A DNA stretch of 64,000 nt from Candidatus Tayloriibacteriota bacterium (GTDB lineage: Bacteria > Patescibacteriota > Minisyncoccia > Phycocordibacterales > PALSA-1337), in the NCBI GenBank assembly GCA_052034805.1, contig JBPOID010000001.1, positions 28,184 to 92,183 of the forward strand. Direction: 5' to 3'. Both the position numbers and the translations under genes were made by a program. Shown here piece by piece: positions 30,832 through 41,407 of the stretch. Position 1 is the stretch's first letter, and each line of letters starts with the position of its first letter. The notes under the pieces were generated by a model. The model searched no databases and was not told the DNA's origin. It was given only the letters and a program-made list of their open reading frames with translations.

Positions 30832-33800
30832 TTAATCCTCTATATCGATATCATTATCTTTTTTTATCAATTCGACATCCAATGAAAGTCCACGAAGTGA
30901 TTTTAGAAGCACATTAAATGATGCAGGAAGATTTGGTTGCTTCAATCTCTCACCCTTCACTATAGAATCGAATGCCTGAGAACGACCTTGTATATCATCA
31001 GACTTGATAGTTAGAATTTCACGCAATGTATATGCTGCTCCATGACCAAGCAATGCCCAGACTTCCATTTCTCCGAATCTCTGTCCTCCTCCTTGTGCCT
31101 TTCCTCCAAGTGGCTGTTGAGTAATAAGAGAATAAGGTCCGATAGAACGCATATGTATTTTGTCTTCCACCATATGATGAAGTTTCAATATATACATATA
31201 TCCTACAGCTACTGGTTGATCGAAATATTCTCCAGTTCTACCATCACGAAGTTTCATCTTTCCACTCTGATCAAATCCAGCTTTTACTAATTCTTCTTTT
31301 ATTTCTATATCTGTTGCTCCGGCGAATGCTGGAACTATAGCTTGATAATTCAAAGTATTTGCAGCGAGACCTAAGTGAAGTTCAAGTATCTGTCCAAGAT
31401 TCATACGTGAAGGCACACCGAGTGGTGTAAGTATCACATCCACAGGACGACCGTCTTCCATATATGGCATCTCTTCTTCTGGTAATATCTTTGAAATAAC
31501 TCCTTTATTTCCATGACGTCCAGCTAATTTGTCTCCTACTGATACACTTCTTAATTCTGCTACTTCTATATATATTCTCTTTATGATTCCAGAATCAAGT
31601 TTATCTCCTTTCTCTCTTGAGAAAATCTTTACAGATATAACTCTTCCACGCTTTCCACCTTCCATTCTCTTTGATGTATCTTTCACATCGCGAGCTTTCT
31701 CACCGAATATTGATCTGAGCAATCTCTCTTCAGGTGTTAGCTGTGTCTCACTCTTTGGTGAAATCTTTCCTACTAGAATATCTCCAGCACGAACCTCAGC
31801 TCCAACTCTAACTATTCCATCTTCTGCAAGATTCTTTAATTTTCCTTCACCAACATTAGGAATATCACAAGTTGTGATTTCTGGTCCTAGCTTTGTATCA
31901 CGAACATTCACAACGAATTCTTCTATATGAATAGAAGCGAATTTACTATTTTTAACAACTCTTTCAGAAAGAATAATAGCGTCTTCATAGTTACTACCTG
32001 ACCATGACATAAATGCTACAAGCATATTCTGTCCCAAAGCTATTTCTCCACCATCAGAAGTAGAAGTATCAACAAGAACATCTCCTTTCTTTACCTTATC
32101 ACCTAGATTTACAATAGGACGTTGATGGAATGCTGTGAATCCATTTGTTCTAGAGAAATGAACTAGATTATATTCATGTTTCTTTCCACTCTTCTTTCCT
32201 TCCAATATAACTTTCTTTGAATCTACATATACTATTTCACCATCTTCAGGAGCAAGCATTATACGGCCTGTATTTATAACGGCATTTCTTTCCATACCAG
32301 TAGCAACAAGAGGCGCTTCAGGTATAAGACAAGGAGTTGCTTGCTTTTGCATATTAGATCCCATGAGTGCACGGTTTGCATCATTGTGATTTAGGAATGG
32401 TATAAGTGAAGTAGCAATAGAGAAAGCTTGATTTGTAGATATGTCTATATAATCAACATCTTCTTTCTTTGCTAGACTTGGTTTACCATTTATACGTATT
32501 TCTACTTCATCTGATGTTATATTTCCTGAACTTACATCATAAGGAATAGCAGCATGAGCAATACGATAATTCTCTTCTTCCAAAGCATTAAGATATACAA
32601 CTTCACCTGTTATTTTTCCATTCTTTACCTTTACATAAGGAGTTTCTATCATTCCGAAATCATTTACACGAGCAAATATAGATAGACGCAATACTAGACC
32701 GATGTTTGGACCTTCTGGGGTATGTATTGGACATAGACGACCATAGTGAGATGGGTGTACGTCACGAACTTCGAATCCAGCACGATCTCTTACCAATCCT
32801 CCAGGTCCTAGAGCAGTCAATGTACGTAAATGTTCTACTTCTGCTAGAACATTTTCTTGTAGCATAAACTGTGATAGCTGGTTTGTAGTAAAGAATTCTT
32901 TTATACGAGCTTGAAGAGGTCTAGGGAAAACGAAATTAACAGGCAGAGTAACGTCTGGTTCTATTGTAGACATTTTATCCTGTATATTTCTCTTCATCTG
33001 TGTCATACCAACACGGAATTTCTGTTGTAATAATTCTCCAACATATCTTACACGACGACTTCCTAGATGATCTATATCATCTTCTCTTGATTCTGGAGTA
33101 TTATTTAGAAGTACTATATGTGAGATTATTGTAGCAATATCGTCTAATGATATAGTCTTATTCTCCAAATCCTTTTCATCCATTGATTTATTAAATCTTT
33201 TGTTGAAACGAAAACGTCCCACCTTGGATAGATCATATCTTTCAGGCTTGAATATATCTCCGATGAATTCACGTGCATTGTCAGCTGTAGCTAGATCACC
33301 GTCACGAAGTCTCTTATGTATTTCTACATAAGCTTCATCTACTGTTTTTGCATGATCCTTGGCCAAAGTTAAATCTATAACTTTCTTTGCATCTAAATCA
33401 TTTTTAAATAAATCTACTATTTCTTCATTTGTCTTTGCACCTAATATACGTAGTAATGAAGTTATTGGGAACTTTCTCTTTTTATCTATACGTACATATA
33501 CAGTACCATCTGTATCTGATTCTATTTCCATCCATACACCTCTAGCTGGAATTATCTTTGCTCCAAAGAAATTCTTTCCTTTTAATTCATTCAATGTAAA
33601 GAAAATACCGAACGAACGAGCAAGTTGTGGCACTATCACGCGCTCTATACCATTTATTATAAATGTTCCATGATCTGTCATGAGAGGAAGATCAGCAAGA
33701 AACATCTCTTGTTCCTTTAGAGAGTCTTGTATTTTGTTCTTTAGTTTTACTTTGGCTTTTATTTGCCCTTCGTATGTAAGTTTATTCAACTTTGCATAAT

Positions 33801-34014
33801 GCTCATCGTATTTTGGTTTAGATATTTCAAATCCAGAGAATGATAGTTCGAATTTCTTGCCAGCATAATCCTTTATTGTAGAAAATTCTTTTAACACTTC
33901 TCCTATACCAGTCTCTATAAGCCAATTGAAAGAAGCGCATTGTGATTCTACTAGATCCGGAACTGGCACTATAGAGTCTTTGTATCTCTTAAAATACTTT
34001 TTTGTGGTTTGCAT
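30832..34014 (-). CDS. rpoB: RNA polymerase beta subunit
   Basis: GDKLAGRHGNKG, RFGEMEVWAL, TPEGPNIGL; start moved to MQTTKKYF (34014). Confidence 0.99.
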   Translation of the reverse strand: MQTTKKYFKRYKDSIVPVPDLVESQCASFNWLIETGIGEVLKEFSTIKDYAGKKFELSFSGFEISKPKYDEHYAKLNKLTYEGQIKAKVKLKNKIQDSLKEQEMFLADLPLMTDHGTFIINGIERVIVPQLARSFGIFFTLNELKGKNFFGAKIIPARGVWMEIESDTDGTVYVRIDKKRKFPITSLLRILGAKTNEEIVDLFKNDLDAKKVIDLTLAKDHAKTVDEAYVEIHKRLRDGDLATADNAREFIGDIFKPERYDLSKVGRFRFNKRFNKSMDEKDLENKTISLDDIATIISHIVLLNNTPESREDDIDHLGSRRVRYVGELLQQKFRVGMTQMKRNIQDKMSTIEPDVTLPVNFVFPRPLQARIKEFFTTNQLSQFMLQENVLAEVEHLRTLTALGPGGLVRDRAGFEVRDVHPSHYGRLCPIHTPEGPNIGLVLRLSIFARVNDFGMIETPYVKVKNGKITGEVVYLNALEEENYRIAHAAIPYDVSSGNITSDEVEIRINGKPSLAKKEDVDYIDISTNQAFSIATSLIPFLNHNDANRALMGSNMQKQATPCLIPEAPLVATGMERNAVINTGRIMLAPEDGEIVYVDSKKVILEGKKSGKKHEYNLVHFSRTNGFTAFHQRPIVNLGDKVKKGDVLVDTSTSDGGEIALGQNMLVAFMSWSGSNYEDAIILSERVVKNSKFASIHIEEFVVNVRDTKLGPEITTCDIPNVGEGKLKNLAEDGIVRVGAEVRAGDILVGKISPKSETQLTPEERLLRSIFGEKARDVKDTSKRMEGGKRGRVISVKIFSREKGDKLDSGIIKRIYIEVAELRSVSVGDKLAGRHGNKGVISKILPEEEMPYMEDGRPVDVILTPLGVPSRMNLGQILELHLGLAANTLNYQAIVPAFAGATDIEIKEELVKAGFDQSGKMKLRDGRTGEYFDQPVAVGYMYILKLHHMVEDKIHMRSIGPYSLITQQPLGGKAQGGGQRFGEMEVWALLGHGAAYTLREILTIKSDDIQGRSQAFDSIVKGERLKQPNLPASFNVLLKSLRGLSLDVELIKKDNDIDIED

Positions 34015-34297
34015 ATGTTTTTTATAAAAATAATTATACTTTACAAACAAATACCCAGATACACAAAATTACGCATGTCAATAGCGTAATTTAGTTAAAA
34101 ATTTATTGGGATAGTGTTTGCAAGAGAATAATAAGGGGTAGGACCAATTTAAAGCCTTGTAATCCTTCACTTTTTCGATCATAACACAATCTTGCGAAGT
34201 TCTGTCTAGACTATCAGATTGGTAGAGATTGTCAATAGGTTTATCAACAAAAAATGAATAAATAAAATATTTTATAGAATAAATATCTGATAAAGAA

Positions 34298-34328
34298 AAT
34301 CGCCAAAGGAATAGAACCTTTGGCGATT
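34298..34328 (-). terminator. Intrinsic terminator of the 34360-35574 gene
   Basis: AATCGCCAAAGG-7 nt-CCTTTGGCGATT perfect 12-bp stem, T-rich tail on minus strand. Confidence 0.85.
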
Positions 34329-34359
34329 ATAATACAAACGAAGAACAAATAACTGAAAC

Positions 34360-35574
34360 CTAGAGAGTGGTAACAAACTTTAACTTATCTAGGCCGTAGG
34401 TAATCCAATTCGAGTTAAGGACACTAGTATCCTTACCGAAGTTGAAGGAAAAAAATGAGACCTCCGTCAACCCATGTCCCGAACCTGGGACTCGAGAAAG
34501 AGAACCGTCGAACACCAACTGCCGGCTCGTACCAGCCGGAATGACTAAATACTTATCAGTATCTCCTGCAATATTTGCAGGAATAGCTTCAGCTGGAGAA
34601 TACCGATAAATCGTATTGACACCCACCATGATACCAGCAGAAACAGCAGGATCCTTTGCTACATACAATGTGTCATTCCCTGCCGTCACTGTCATGTTAA
34701 AGGTGATTCCCTGACCAACCACTTCGTTGTTTACAACTATAAACGATCCAGCGGTGACTTTTAGTCCCGAAAGGACCGCACCGAGGGAAGTGAAGGTTAT
34801 ATCCTCACTTGATGGCATTGCATCTTTAACCGCAATAGCCTTGGAATTAGAATCCAAAACTTCTGGATTATTATACGTACCACCATCAACACCACTCACA
34901 GGGAAAGATGTGTACACTGTAGCTCCCGATAATGTTCCGTCAGTATCTTGATTCAATTTTCCATAAATACTGACCGTAACAGAGTTATCAATGGATAGTG
35001 CTTCAACCATGTTTTTGAACACTACAAATCCATCGAAACTACCCGTGATCGAATCAGCAGAATATGTCTGGCCATTTACCAGAAGCTTAATATCTGCAAA
35101 CAATGCACTGATCTCTTTCCTTGTGGTATGAAATCGAATCCTCAGATTCGAAAGTTTCCCAGAGGAGATACCTTGTGCTTTGATATCATATCTCCCAATC
35201 AGAACATTGTCTGTCTGTTCTGTTTTAGAGATCTGCACTACACTCATCATAGGAGATGAGGGTGAAATAGTGACCATAACAATATGCGTTAAATAATCAC
35301 TGACTCGATAGAATCTTTGCCCCACTGCCTCGGTGTCTACATAACTGTAAACACCGGAAGGATTCGCCGGAATGACCGCTAGATCATTCCAACTACCATC
35401 AACTTTGGTGGCATATTGAATCTGATAGCTTTTTCCAGGATCTCCCGTAAAGGAAATCTGTGGAATCTGCTTGATGCCGAGTGTGATCGGTGCTTGTGCC
35501 GACACCTCAAAACCAATTACAGACGCCATAACTACCACAACCAGCAATGCAATCAACTTGATAGTATTTTTCAT
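34360..35574 (-). CDS. Secreted beta-rich orphan protein, GC-richer, with own promoter, SD and terminator
   Basis: Signal peptide ending VSA-Q; AGAGGAG SD; upstream TTGACA-17-TAATAT on minus strand. Confidence 0.75.
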   Translation of the reverse strand: MKNTIKLIALLVVVVMASVIGFEVSAQAPITLGIKQIPQISFTGDPGKSYQIQYATKVDGSWNDLAVIPANPSGVYSYVDTEAVGQRFYRVSDYLTHIVMVTISPSSPMMSVVQISKTEQTDNVLIGRYDIKAQGISSGKLSNLRIRFHTTRKEISALFADIKLLVNGQTYSADSITGSFDGFVVFKNMVEALSIDNSVTVSIYGKLNQDTDGTLSGATVYTSFPVSGVDGGTYNNPEVLDSNSKAIAVKDAMPSSEDITFTSLGAVLSGLKVTAGSFIVVNNEVVGQGITFNMTVTAGNDTLYVAKDPAVSAGIMVGVNTIYRYSPAEAIPANIAGDTDKYLVIPAGTSRQLVFDGSLSRVPGSGHGLTEVSFFSFNFGKDTSVLNSNWITYGLDKLKFVTTL

Positions 35575-35719
35575 TCTAATTCTCCTCTTCTCTGTTTTTG
35601 TTTGTTGTTGTTTCAGTTTTTAATTGTCAAAACTCCTATAATATTAGCATATTAATAGCTATTTGTCAATGATAATATGGTCTTGCAATTACTTATTAAA
35701 TCTATGTAATTTGGAGCTT

Positions 35720-36682
35720 TTATTGACTAATACCGGATTCATCAACTCTTATAGGTATATCTATATAGTCTATTTTCAGAGAACCTTCATAATTCTTTCT
35801 TATATTCATATTGACCATAAGCCCAGTCATTGTTTCTTCACTAAAATATTGATCAAAAGCAAAATTACCCAATGAATAATATATTTTCTTTCCTTTATAT
35901 TCTTCCTTATCCCCTATTATATGTGAATGACTACCTATAACAGCATCAGCACCAGAATCTATGAATCCATGTGCCCATTTCCTCATATTATTCGTTGGTT
36001 CATTTTCATACTCTATACCCCAATGTGGTGATACTATAAGTATATCCACTTTATCTCTTAAGATTTTTATTTCATTTATAATCCTATCAAAATTAATATA
36101 GGTAAATTCATGAAAACCTACAAAGCCTATAACTATTCCATTTTTCTCTATAATAGTGCTTAAATCTGTAAAATTATTCGGATCACCATAATAAAGTATA
36201 TTATTTTTCTTTAAATAATCTTTTGTTGTATTAAATCCAGAAATACCGAAATTCATAGTATGATTATTCGCTAAACCGAATATATCAAAACCTAAATCAT
36301 GTAATTTGGGTATAAGTTTAGGATTAAAAGTAAATTTTAAACTTTTATCTATAAGCGATGTCGTAATACTTGGATTATCTGTAAAAGGTCCTTCGAGATT
36401 TGCGACTGCTATGTCAGCATTATTTATTATGTCCCTTACACCTTCAAAATATTTATCGAATCCCTTTTTATCTATAACATTTGAAACATTCCTATCCAAC
36501 ATCATATCTCCAACTATTATTATATTTATATTTTTTTCTTGAGATAAGAAATTATTGAATATTTCGGGAGAAGTAAAATAATATTCTTTATATAAATCTT
36601 TATTTAGAAATAAAAAGACAGAAATTGCAGAAAATACAATAAATATTATTAAAGAATATTTAATTATCTTTTTTCCATTCAT
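35720..36682 (-). CDS. CapA-family metallophosphoesterase with N-terminal anchor
   Basis: VGDMMLDR, ANLEGP, LANNH, HWGIEY, IGSHSH, YSLGNF. Confidence 0.9.
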   Translation of the reverse strand: MNGKKIIKYSLIIFIVFSAISVFLFLNKDLYKEYYFTSPEIFNNFLSQEKNINIIIVGDMMLDRNVSNVIDKKGFDKYFEGVRDIINNADIAVANLEGPFTDNPSITTSLIDKSLKFTFNPKLIPKLHDLGFDIFGLANNHTMNFGISGFNTTKDYLKKNNILYYGDPNNFTDLSTIIEKNGIVIGFVGFHEFTYINFDRIINEIKILRDKVDILIVSPHWGIEYENEPTNNMRKWAHGFIDSGADAVIGSHSHIIGDKEEYKGKKIYYSLGNFAFDQYFSEETMTGLMVNMNIRKNYEGSLKIDYIDIPIRVDESGISQ

Positions 36683-37328
36683 TTATTTTTTCATGATTAC
36701 CAGAAAGCAAAACTTTTGGAACTTTATATTTCTTTCCTTTATATTCTATAATCTCTGGACGAGTATATACATCACTAGAAGCTATACGTGTTTCTTCTAG
36801 AGAATTAATATCACCTAATACCCCCTTTATTTGTCTTCCTATACTATCTATAAGTATCATTGCTGGTAATTCCCCACCAGTAAGCACAAAAGGTCCTACA
36901 GATATTTCTTCTACTTTAAAAACTTTTTTTACTCTGGCATCTATACCTTCATATCTACCACAAATAAATATTATATCGGTGTATTTATTGGCTACACTTT
37001 TGGCATATTCTGTATCGAATTGTTTACCCGAAGGAGTAAACCATATAATCTTAATCTTTTTAGATTTTATTTTGCTTTTTGCTTTTTGTATTGCTTTTAT
37101 AATAGGTAATGCTTCGATAACCATACCTGGTCCACCACCATAAGGTTTATCATCAACTCTTCTGTCTGCATAACTTTGTTTTTTTCCTTTTCTTGATGAA
37201 ATAGTAAAATCTCTAGGATTATAGAATTTCACTTTTATTTTCTTATTTTCTATTGCACGTTTCAATATAGACTCAGAGAGATATGAGTCGAATACTTGTG
37301 GAAAAAGTGAAATTATATGGTAATTCAT
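36660..37328 (-). CDS. trmD: tRNA (guanine-N1)-methyltransferase
   Basis: VDDKPYGGGPGM, CGRYEGIDAR, VLTGGELPA, YTRPE, LLSGNH; start moved to MNYHII. Confidence 0.96.
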   Translation of the reverse strand: MNYHIISLFPQVFDSYLSESILKRAIENKKIKVKFYNPRDFTISSRKGKKQSYADRRVDDKPYGGGPGMVIEALPIIKAIQKAKSKIKSKKIKIIWFTPSGKQFDTEYAKSVANKYTDIIFICGRYEGIDARVKKVFKVEEISVGPFVLTGGELPAMILIDSIGRQIKGVLGDINSLEETRIASSDVYTRPEIIEYKGKKYKVPKVLLSGNHEKINEWKKDN

Positions 37329-37388
37329 AATAATAAAACTGTAGTAATACATTACCACAGTTTTATCATTTTGTCATTTAAAATTGTA

Positions 37389-37700
37389 TTAGATTTTCAA
37401 ATCTGCCATAGCTTCATCTACTGTCTTTGAAGCCTTTTCTACTCTAGGAACGCCACCTTCTGGTTCATTTATCTTTAGATTTACTCTAGAATTATTCTTC
37501 ATACCCACAACTCGTAGAAGTGTTCTTATGGCCTTTGCTGTATTTCCTGAACGGCCTATAACCTTTCCCATATCGGCTGCATTTACTTCGAGAGTCATTA
37601 GAACTCCCATTTCATCTACTGTTCGAGTTATCTTTACATCATTTTGATTATCTACTAGAGCCTTTATTACATACTCTAGGAATTGCTGATCATTATTCAT
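37389..37700 (-). CDS. khpA: KH-domain RNA-binding protein KhpA
   Basis: DMGKVIGRSGNTAKAIR; rpsP-khpA-trmD order. Confidence 0.9.
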   Translation of the reverse strand: MNNDQQFLEYVIKALVDNQNDVKITRTVDEMGVLMTLEVNAADMGKVIGRSGNTAKAIRTLLRVVGMKNNSRVNLKINEPEGGVPRVEKASKTVDEAMADLKI

Positions 37701-37849
37701 TTTCTTTGGAATATTTATTTTTAATTCTTCACAGTAACGACAGTACTGCTTTGCTTTAATTGTAACCTGATAGTCTGTATCGTCAACTGAGTTTTACACA
37801 GTTGAATAATATAAATAGATAGATTGAATAATAGCTATATAAAGAAAGA

Positions 37850-38200
37850 TTAAGCAGTTGCAGTCTCTGTTTTTGGAGCTTCTGCCTTTGCTGCTTCTTC
37901 ACCTGAAGTTGCCTTGATTATTGGCTTTTTCTTTGGGAGAGCATTCATCTTTTTGCCTTCTATTACCTTTTTTGAAACTAGGAAATTATGTACTGTTACA
38001 GATAATTTTGCACCTTTACTTATCCAATGCTTTATCTTTGGTAAATCAAATTGATCTACTTTATTATCTAATCTAGCATCATAAGATCCTAGAACTTCTA
38101 TATATTTTCCGCTCTTTGGACCATTCTTGGAATCAGTAAGAACTAGCCTGAATTTTGGTTCATGCTTTCTTCCCACCCTTTGTAATCGTATCATTAACAT
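37850..38200 (-). CDS. rpsP: 30S ribosomal protein S16
   Basis: MLMIRLQRVGRK..GKYIEVLGSYD..WISKGA; the track ORF is over-extended, true start near 38200. Confidence 0.95.
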   Translation of the reverse strand: MLMIRLQRVGRKHEPKFRLVLTDSKNGPKSGKYIEVLGSYDARLDNKVDQFDLPKIKHWISKGAKLSVTVHNFLVSKKVIEGKKMNALPKKKPIIKATSGEEAAKAEAPKTETATA

Positions 38201-38255
38201 AAGAGCCATACTATCAGACCTATGAAAAAAAGGCAATATAGGGTATAGTATTCGG

Positions 38256-40193
38256 GTGAAAAACAATAAAAGAAACGATAAAATAATAGGTAAAATAAGG
38301 ACTATAAGAAAAGGCCTCGGATTCGTAGAAGATCCAAATGATGAGGAAAACGATATAGTAATAAAAGAAGACAAACTCAATTTCGCATTAAACAATGACA
38401 TTGTTGAAGTCATTTTCCATGGAAAAGGTGAAGACAAAAATGGTGAAGTTATAAAAATAATAGAAAGATCCAGAGAAATCTTCGTAGGTACAGTAGAAAT
38501 ACGCGATGGCAAAACAGGAGTAATACCTGATGATAAAAAACTTTATATAGACTTCATGTTAAATGATGAAGAAGCAAAAAAAGTAAAAGCTCATGATAAA
38601 GTCCAAATAAAAATAGGAAAATGGATTGATAGCAATAAAAATCCAGAAGGAAATATAATAAAAGTTATAGGTGAAAAAGGAAATAATAATGTAGAAATGG
38701 AATCTATAGTATTAGAAAAAGGATTTGAAATAAATTTCCCAGATGATGTAGAAAAAGAAGCAAATAAAATAGAGAAAAATAAAATAAAAGATATTGAAAA
38801 TGAAATACCTAAAAGAAGAGATTTCAGAAAAACTTTGACTTTCACTATTGATCCATTTGATGCAAAGGATTTCGACGATGCTATATCATACAAAGACCTA
38901 GGTAATGGAGAATACGAAATAGGCGTTCATATAGCCGATGTATCACATTATGTAATAGAAAATAGCGCATTAGATAAAGAAGGCTTCAAACGTGGCTGTT
39001 CTATATATCTAGTAGATCGTACTATACCTATGCTTCCAGAAATACTTTCTAATGATGTATGTAGTCTAAACCCAAATGAAGACAAACTCACCTTCTCTGC
39101 AGTTTTTGTCATGAATGATAAAGCACAAATAAAAGAAAGATGGTTCGGCAAAACAATAATAAACTCTACACATAGATTTACTTATGAAAATGCACAGGAA
39201 TCTCTTAATTCTAAAACAGGCAAATATTATAATGAATTAAAAAAGCTCAATGAAATTGCAAAAGTTCTACAAAAAGAGAAATTCAATAAAGGTGCAATAG
39301 AATTCGAACAAGAAGAAATAAAATTCAAATTGGATCAGAATGGTAAACCCATAGGAGTATATAAAAAAGAAAGATTAGATACACATAAATTAGTAGAAGA
39401 ATATATGTTACTTGCAAACCGCGAAGTGGCGAAACATATCTTTGATTCAATAAAGAAAAAAGGTAAAAAAGATACCGGTTCAATATATAGAATTCATGAT
39501 ATACCAGATCAAGAAAAAATGATGGATTTATCTATTTTCGTAAAAGCTTTAGGATACAATCTAAAAGTAAAAGATGGCAAAGCAACAGCTCATGATATAA
39601 AGAGTTTGTTAAAACAAGTAAAAGGAACCGTGCATGAAGCACTCATATCAACAGCAGTTATTAGATCAATGCAAAAAGCAGTATATTCTACAAAGAATAT
39701 CGGGCATTTCGGTTTGGCATTTGATTATTATACCCATTTCACATCCCCTATTAGACGTTATCCAGATTTACTTATACAAAGAATATTACAAAGACATTTA
39801 CATCATGAACCATTCGGAGATAGAGAAATAGTAGAATTCCAGAAAATAGCAGAGAGATCTACAGAAAGAGAAATAGATGCCGCCGACGCAGAAAGAGCTT
39901 CAAAGAAATTGAAACAAGTAGAATACATGAGCGATAAAATAGGTATGGAATTCCAAGGAACAATATCAGGAGTAACAGAATGGGGCCTATATGTAGAAGA
40001 ATTAGAAACAAAATCAGAAGGAATGATAAAGATAAGAGATTTGGGCGATGATTTCTATAATTTCAATAAAAAAACTTATTCAATAAAAGGAGAAAAAACC
40101 GGAAAGACATTTACCTTAGGTAGTCCAATAAAGTTCAAGGTTATAGGTGCTGATTTGGATAAGAAAGTATTAGATTTCAGTTTGGTGGAGTAA
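38256..40193 (+). CDS. rnr: Ribonuclease R (RNB + S1), GTG start
   Basis: FTIDPFDAKDFDDA, VHIADV, EEYMLLAN, HFTSPIRRYPDL, C-terminal S1. Confidence 0.93.
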   Translation: MKNNKRNDKIIGKIRTIRKGLGFVEDPNDEENDIVIKEDKLNFALNNDIVEVIFHGKGEDKNGEVIKIIERSREIFVGTVEIRDGKTGVIPDDKKLYIDFMLNDEEAKKVKAHDKVQIKIGKWIDSNKNPEGNIIKVIGEKGNNNVEMESIVLEKGFEINFPDDVEKEANKIEKNKIKDIENEIPKRRDFRKTLTFTIDPFDAKDFDDAISYKDLGNGEYEIGVHIADVSHYVIENSALDKEGFKRGCSIYLVDRTIPMLPEILSNDVCSLNPNEDKLTFSAVFVMNDKAQIKERWFGKTIINSTHRFTYENAQESLNSKTGKYYNELKKLNEIAKVLQKEKFNKGAIEFEQEEIKFKLDQNGKPIGVYKKERLDTHKLVEEYMLLANREVAKHIFDSIKKKGKKDTGSIYRIHDIPDQEKMMDLSIFVKALGYNLKVKDGKATAHDIKSLLKQVKGTVHEALISTAVIRSMQKAVYSTKNIGHFGLAFDYYTHFTSPIRRYPDLLIQRILQRHLHHEPFGDREIVEFQKIAERSTEREIDAADAERASKKLKQVEYMSDKIGMEFQGTISGVTEWGLYVEELETKSEGMIKIRDLGDDFYNFNKKTYSIKGEKTGKTFTLGSPIKFKVIGADLDKKVLDFSLVE

Positions 40194-40214
40194 AGCAAAT
40201 TAATACTAACTAGT

Positions 40215-40652
40215 ATGTTTACCTTTAGTCAATATCCTTATAAAAAAATATCCAATATATTAATGAAAGCCAAGAAAAGCCGGGAGCGTAAAGAGATAAT
40301 TCAGGCTCTTATTTCATTTACTGATATTTTATACAAAACTATTTCCAATATTTCATCTTATAAACCATTAATATTATTCACAATTGATCCTAATATGATT
40401 TTTCCAGGAAAACATAGAGAATTATCTACTGAAAAACTCGAAACAGAAATAACATCATCTGGCTATATTGATCAATTATTAGAAATAATTGGTATTTATA
40501 ATCATAGAGAAATATCAGATTCTATATCAGACGCTATATCAGACTTGCATGCAGATATGTCTCGTGGGATTAAAGATATTTCTGAGAAAAAAGAAATATT
40601 AATTAACTCTATTAATAATTTAAAAAAGGTTTTGCAGGATTTAGTATATTAA
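40215..40652 (+). CDS. Hypothetical helical protein (145 aa)
   Basis: Open ORF 21 bp after rnr; no recognisable motif. Confidence 0.6.
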   Translation: MFTFSQYPYKKISNILMKAKKSRERKEIIQALISFTDILYKTISNISSYKPLILFTIDPNMIFPGKHRELSTEKLETEITSSGYIDQLLEIIGIYNHREISDSISDAISDLHADMSRGIKDISEKKEILINSINNLKKVLQDLVY

Positions 40653-40656
40653 TTTT

Positions 40657-40692
40657 TAAGCTCTATAACACTACCATCCTCTAAACCCTAAA
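40657..40692 (+). repeat. Array repeat copy R1
   Basis: TAAGCTCTATAACACTACCATCCTC followed by TAAACCCTAAA. Confidence 0.75.
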
Positions 40693-40953
40693 AAATCAAC
40701 AAATTTAATATCCGCAAGAATCGTCCCCATTTTTTATTTTCAATCTCATCTTATTCATAAGCATATAAAGATGGTTTTATATAACAAGTAAAATTAAACC
40801 GCACTTTGCATAAGCATTGTGCGGTCTCAAAATGTGACAGTTTGTTCTCGAGATGTCACCCATCTCAACGTACTGCATACGAGGCTCACGCTTTTAAAAA
40901 GGTGACAACAATGGAGCTTCTGAATTGAAGGCGGCTCCATCCTTCATTCGTCA

Positions 40954-41238
40954 CTATCCTGCGATAGCTATGAACGTGCCTTGCTCAATAACATGCTTTG
41001 GGTCCACAAATGGTCCGTACCCCTCGATGTAAAGATGGTAAAAACCAATCGAATCCCGAGAGCAGGCCAAGACAGGGCTTTTGAACCCAAAGAGGAGTAA
41101 CGATATTTCCTCATAGGATGCAACATTCATTTTCTCACGTCTCAATTCCTCCAAGATTTCTCCAAGAGGTTTTGACTTATTGACGTGGACGAAAGTGTGT
41201 TTGCTGAGGCTCATAAAGGTCCTTTTTCTGGTGCTCAA
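40954..41238 (-). CDS. Orphan hypothetical protein (94 aa, TTG start), cassette 1
   Basis: GC-richer; GCAGGTG upstream; promoter TGTACA-17-TATAAT on minus strand at about 41289-41317; hairpins downstream. Confidence 0.65.
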   Translation of the reverse strand: MSTRKRTFMSLSKHTFVHVNKSKPLGEILEELRREKMNVASYEEISLLLFGFKSPVLACSRDSIGFYHLYIEGYGPFVDPKHVIEQGTFIAIAG

Positions 41239-41320
41239 AGGCGCACCTGCTTAAAGCCTTGAAATTCAATGATCTAATTACTTATATCATTATATCACAC
41301 TTACAGTATAATGTACAGTT

Positions 41321-41353
41321 TAAACCCAAACTCTATAACACCACCATTTCCTC
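41321..41353 (+). repeat. Array repeat copy R2
   Basis: TAAACCCAAACTCTATAACACCACCATTTCCTC. Confidence 0.8.
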
Positions 41354-41407
41354 AATCATTGACTAATGACTATTATAATGCTATTCTGATTTCAGAAAGG
41401 AAGTGCT

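Noticed and set aside
37776-37787. 12-nt match GTTGACGATACA between the khpA upstream region (minus) and the candidate ncRNA
   Set aside because: At khpA it is explained as the -35 of a TTGACG-16-TACAAT promoter; probably coincidental
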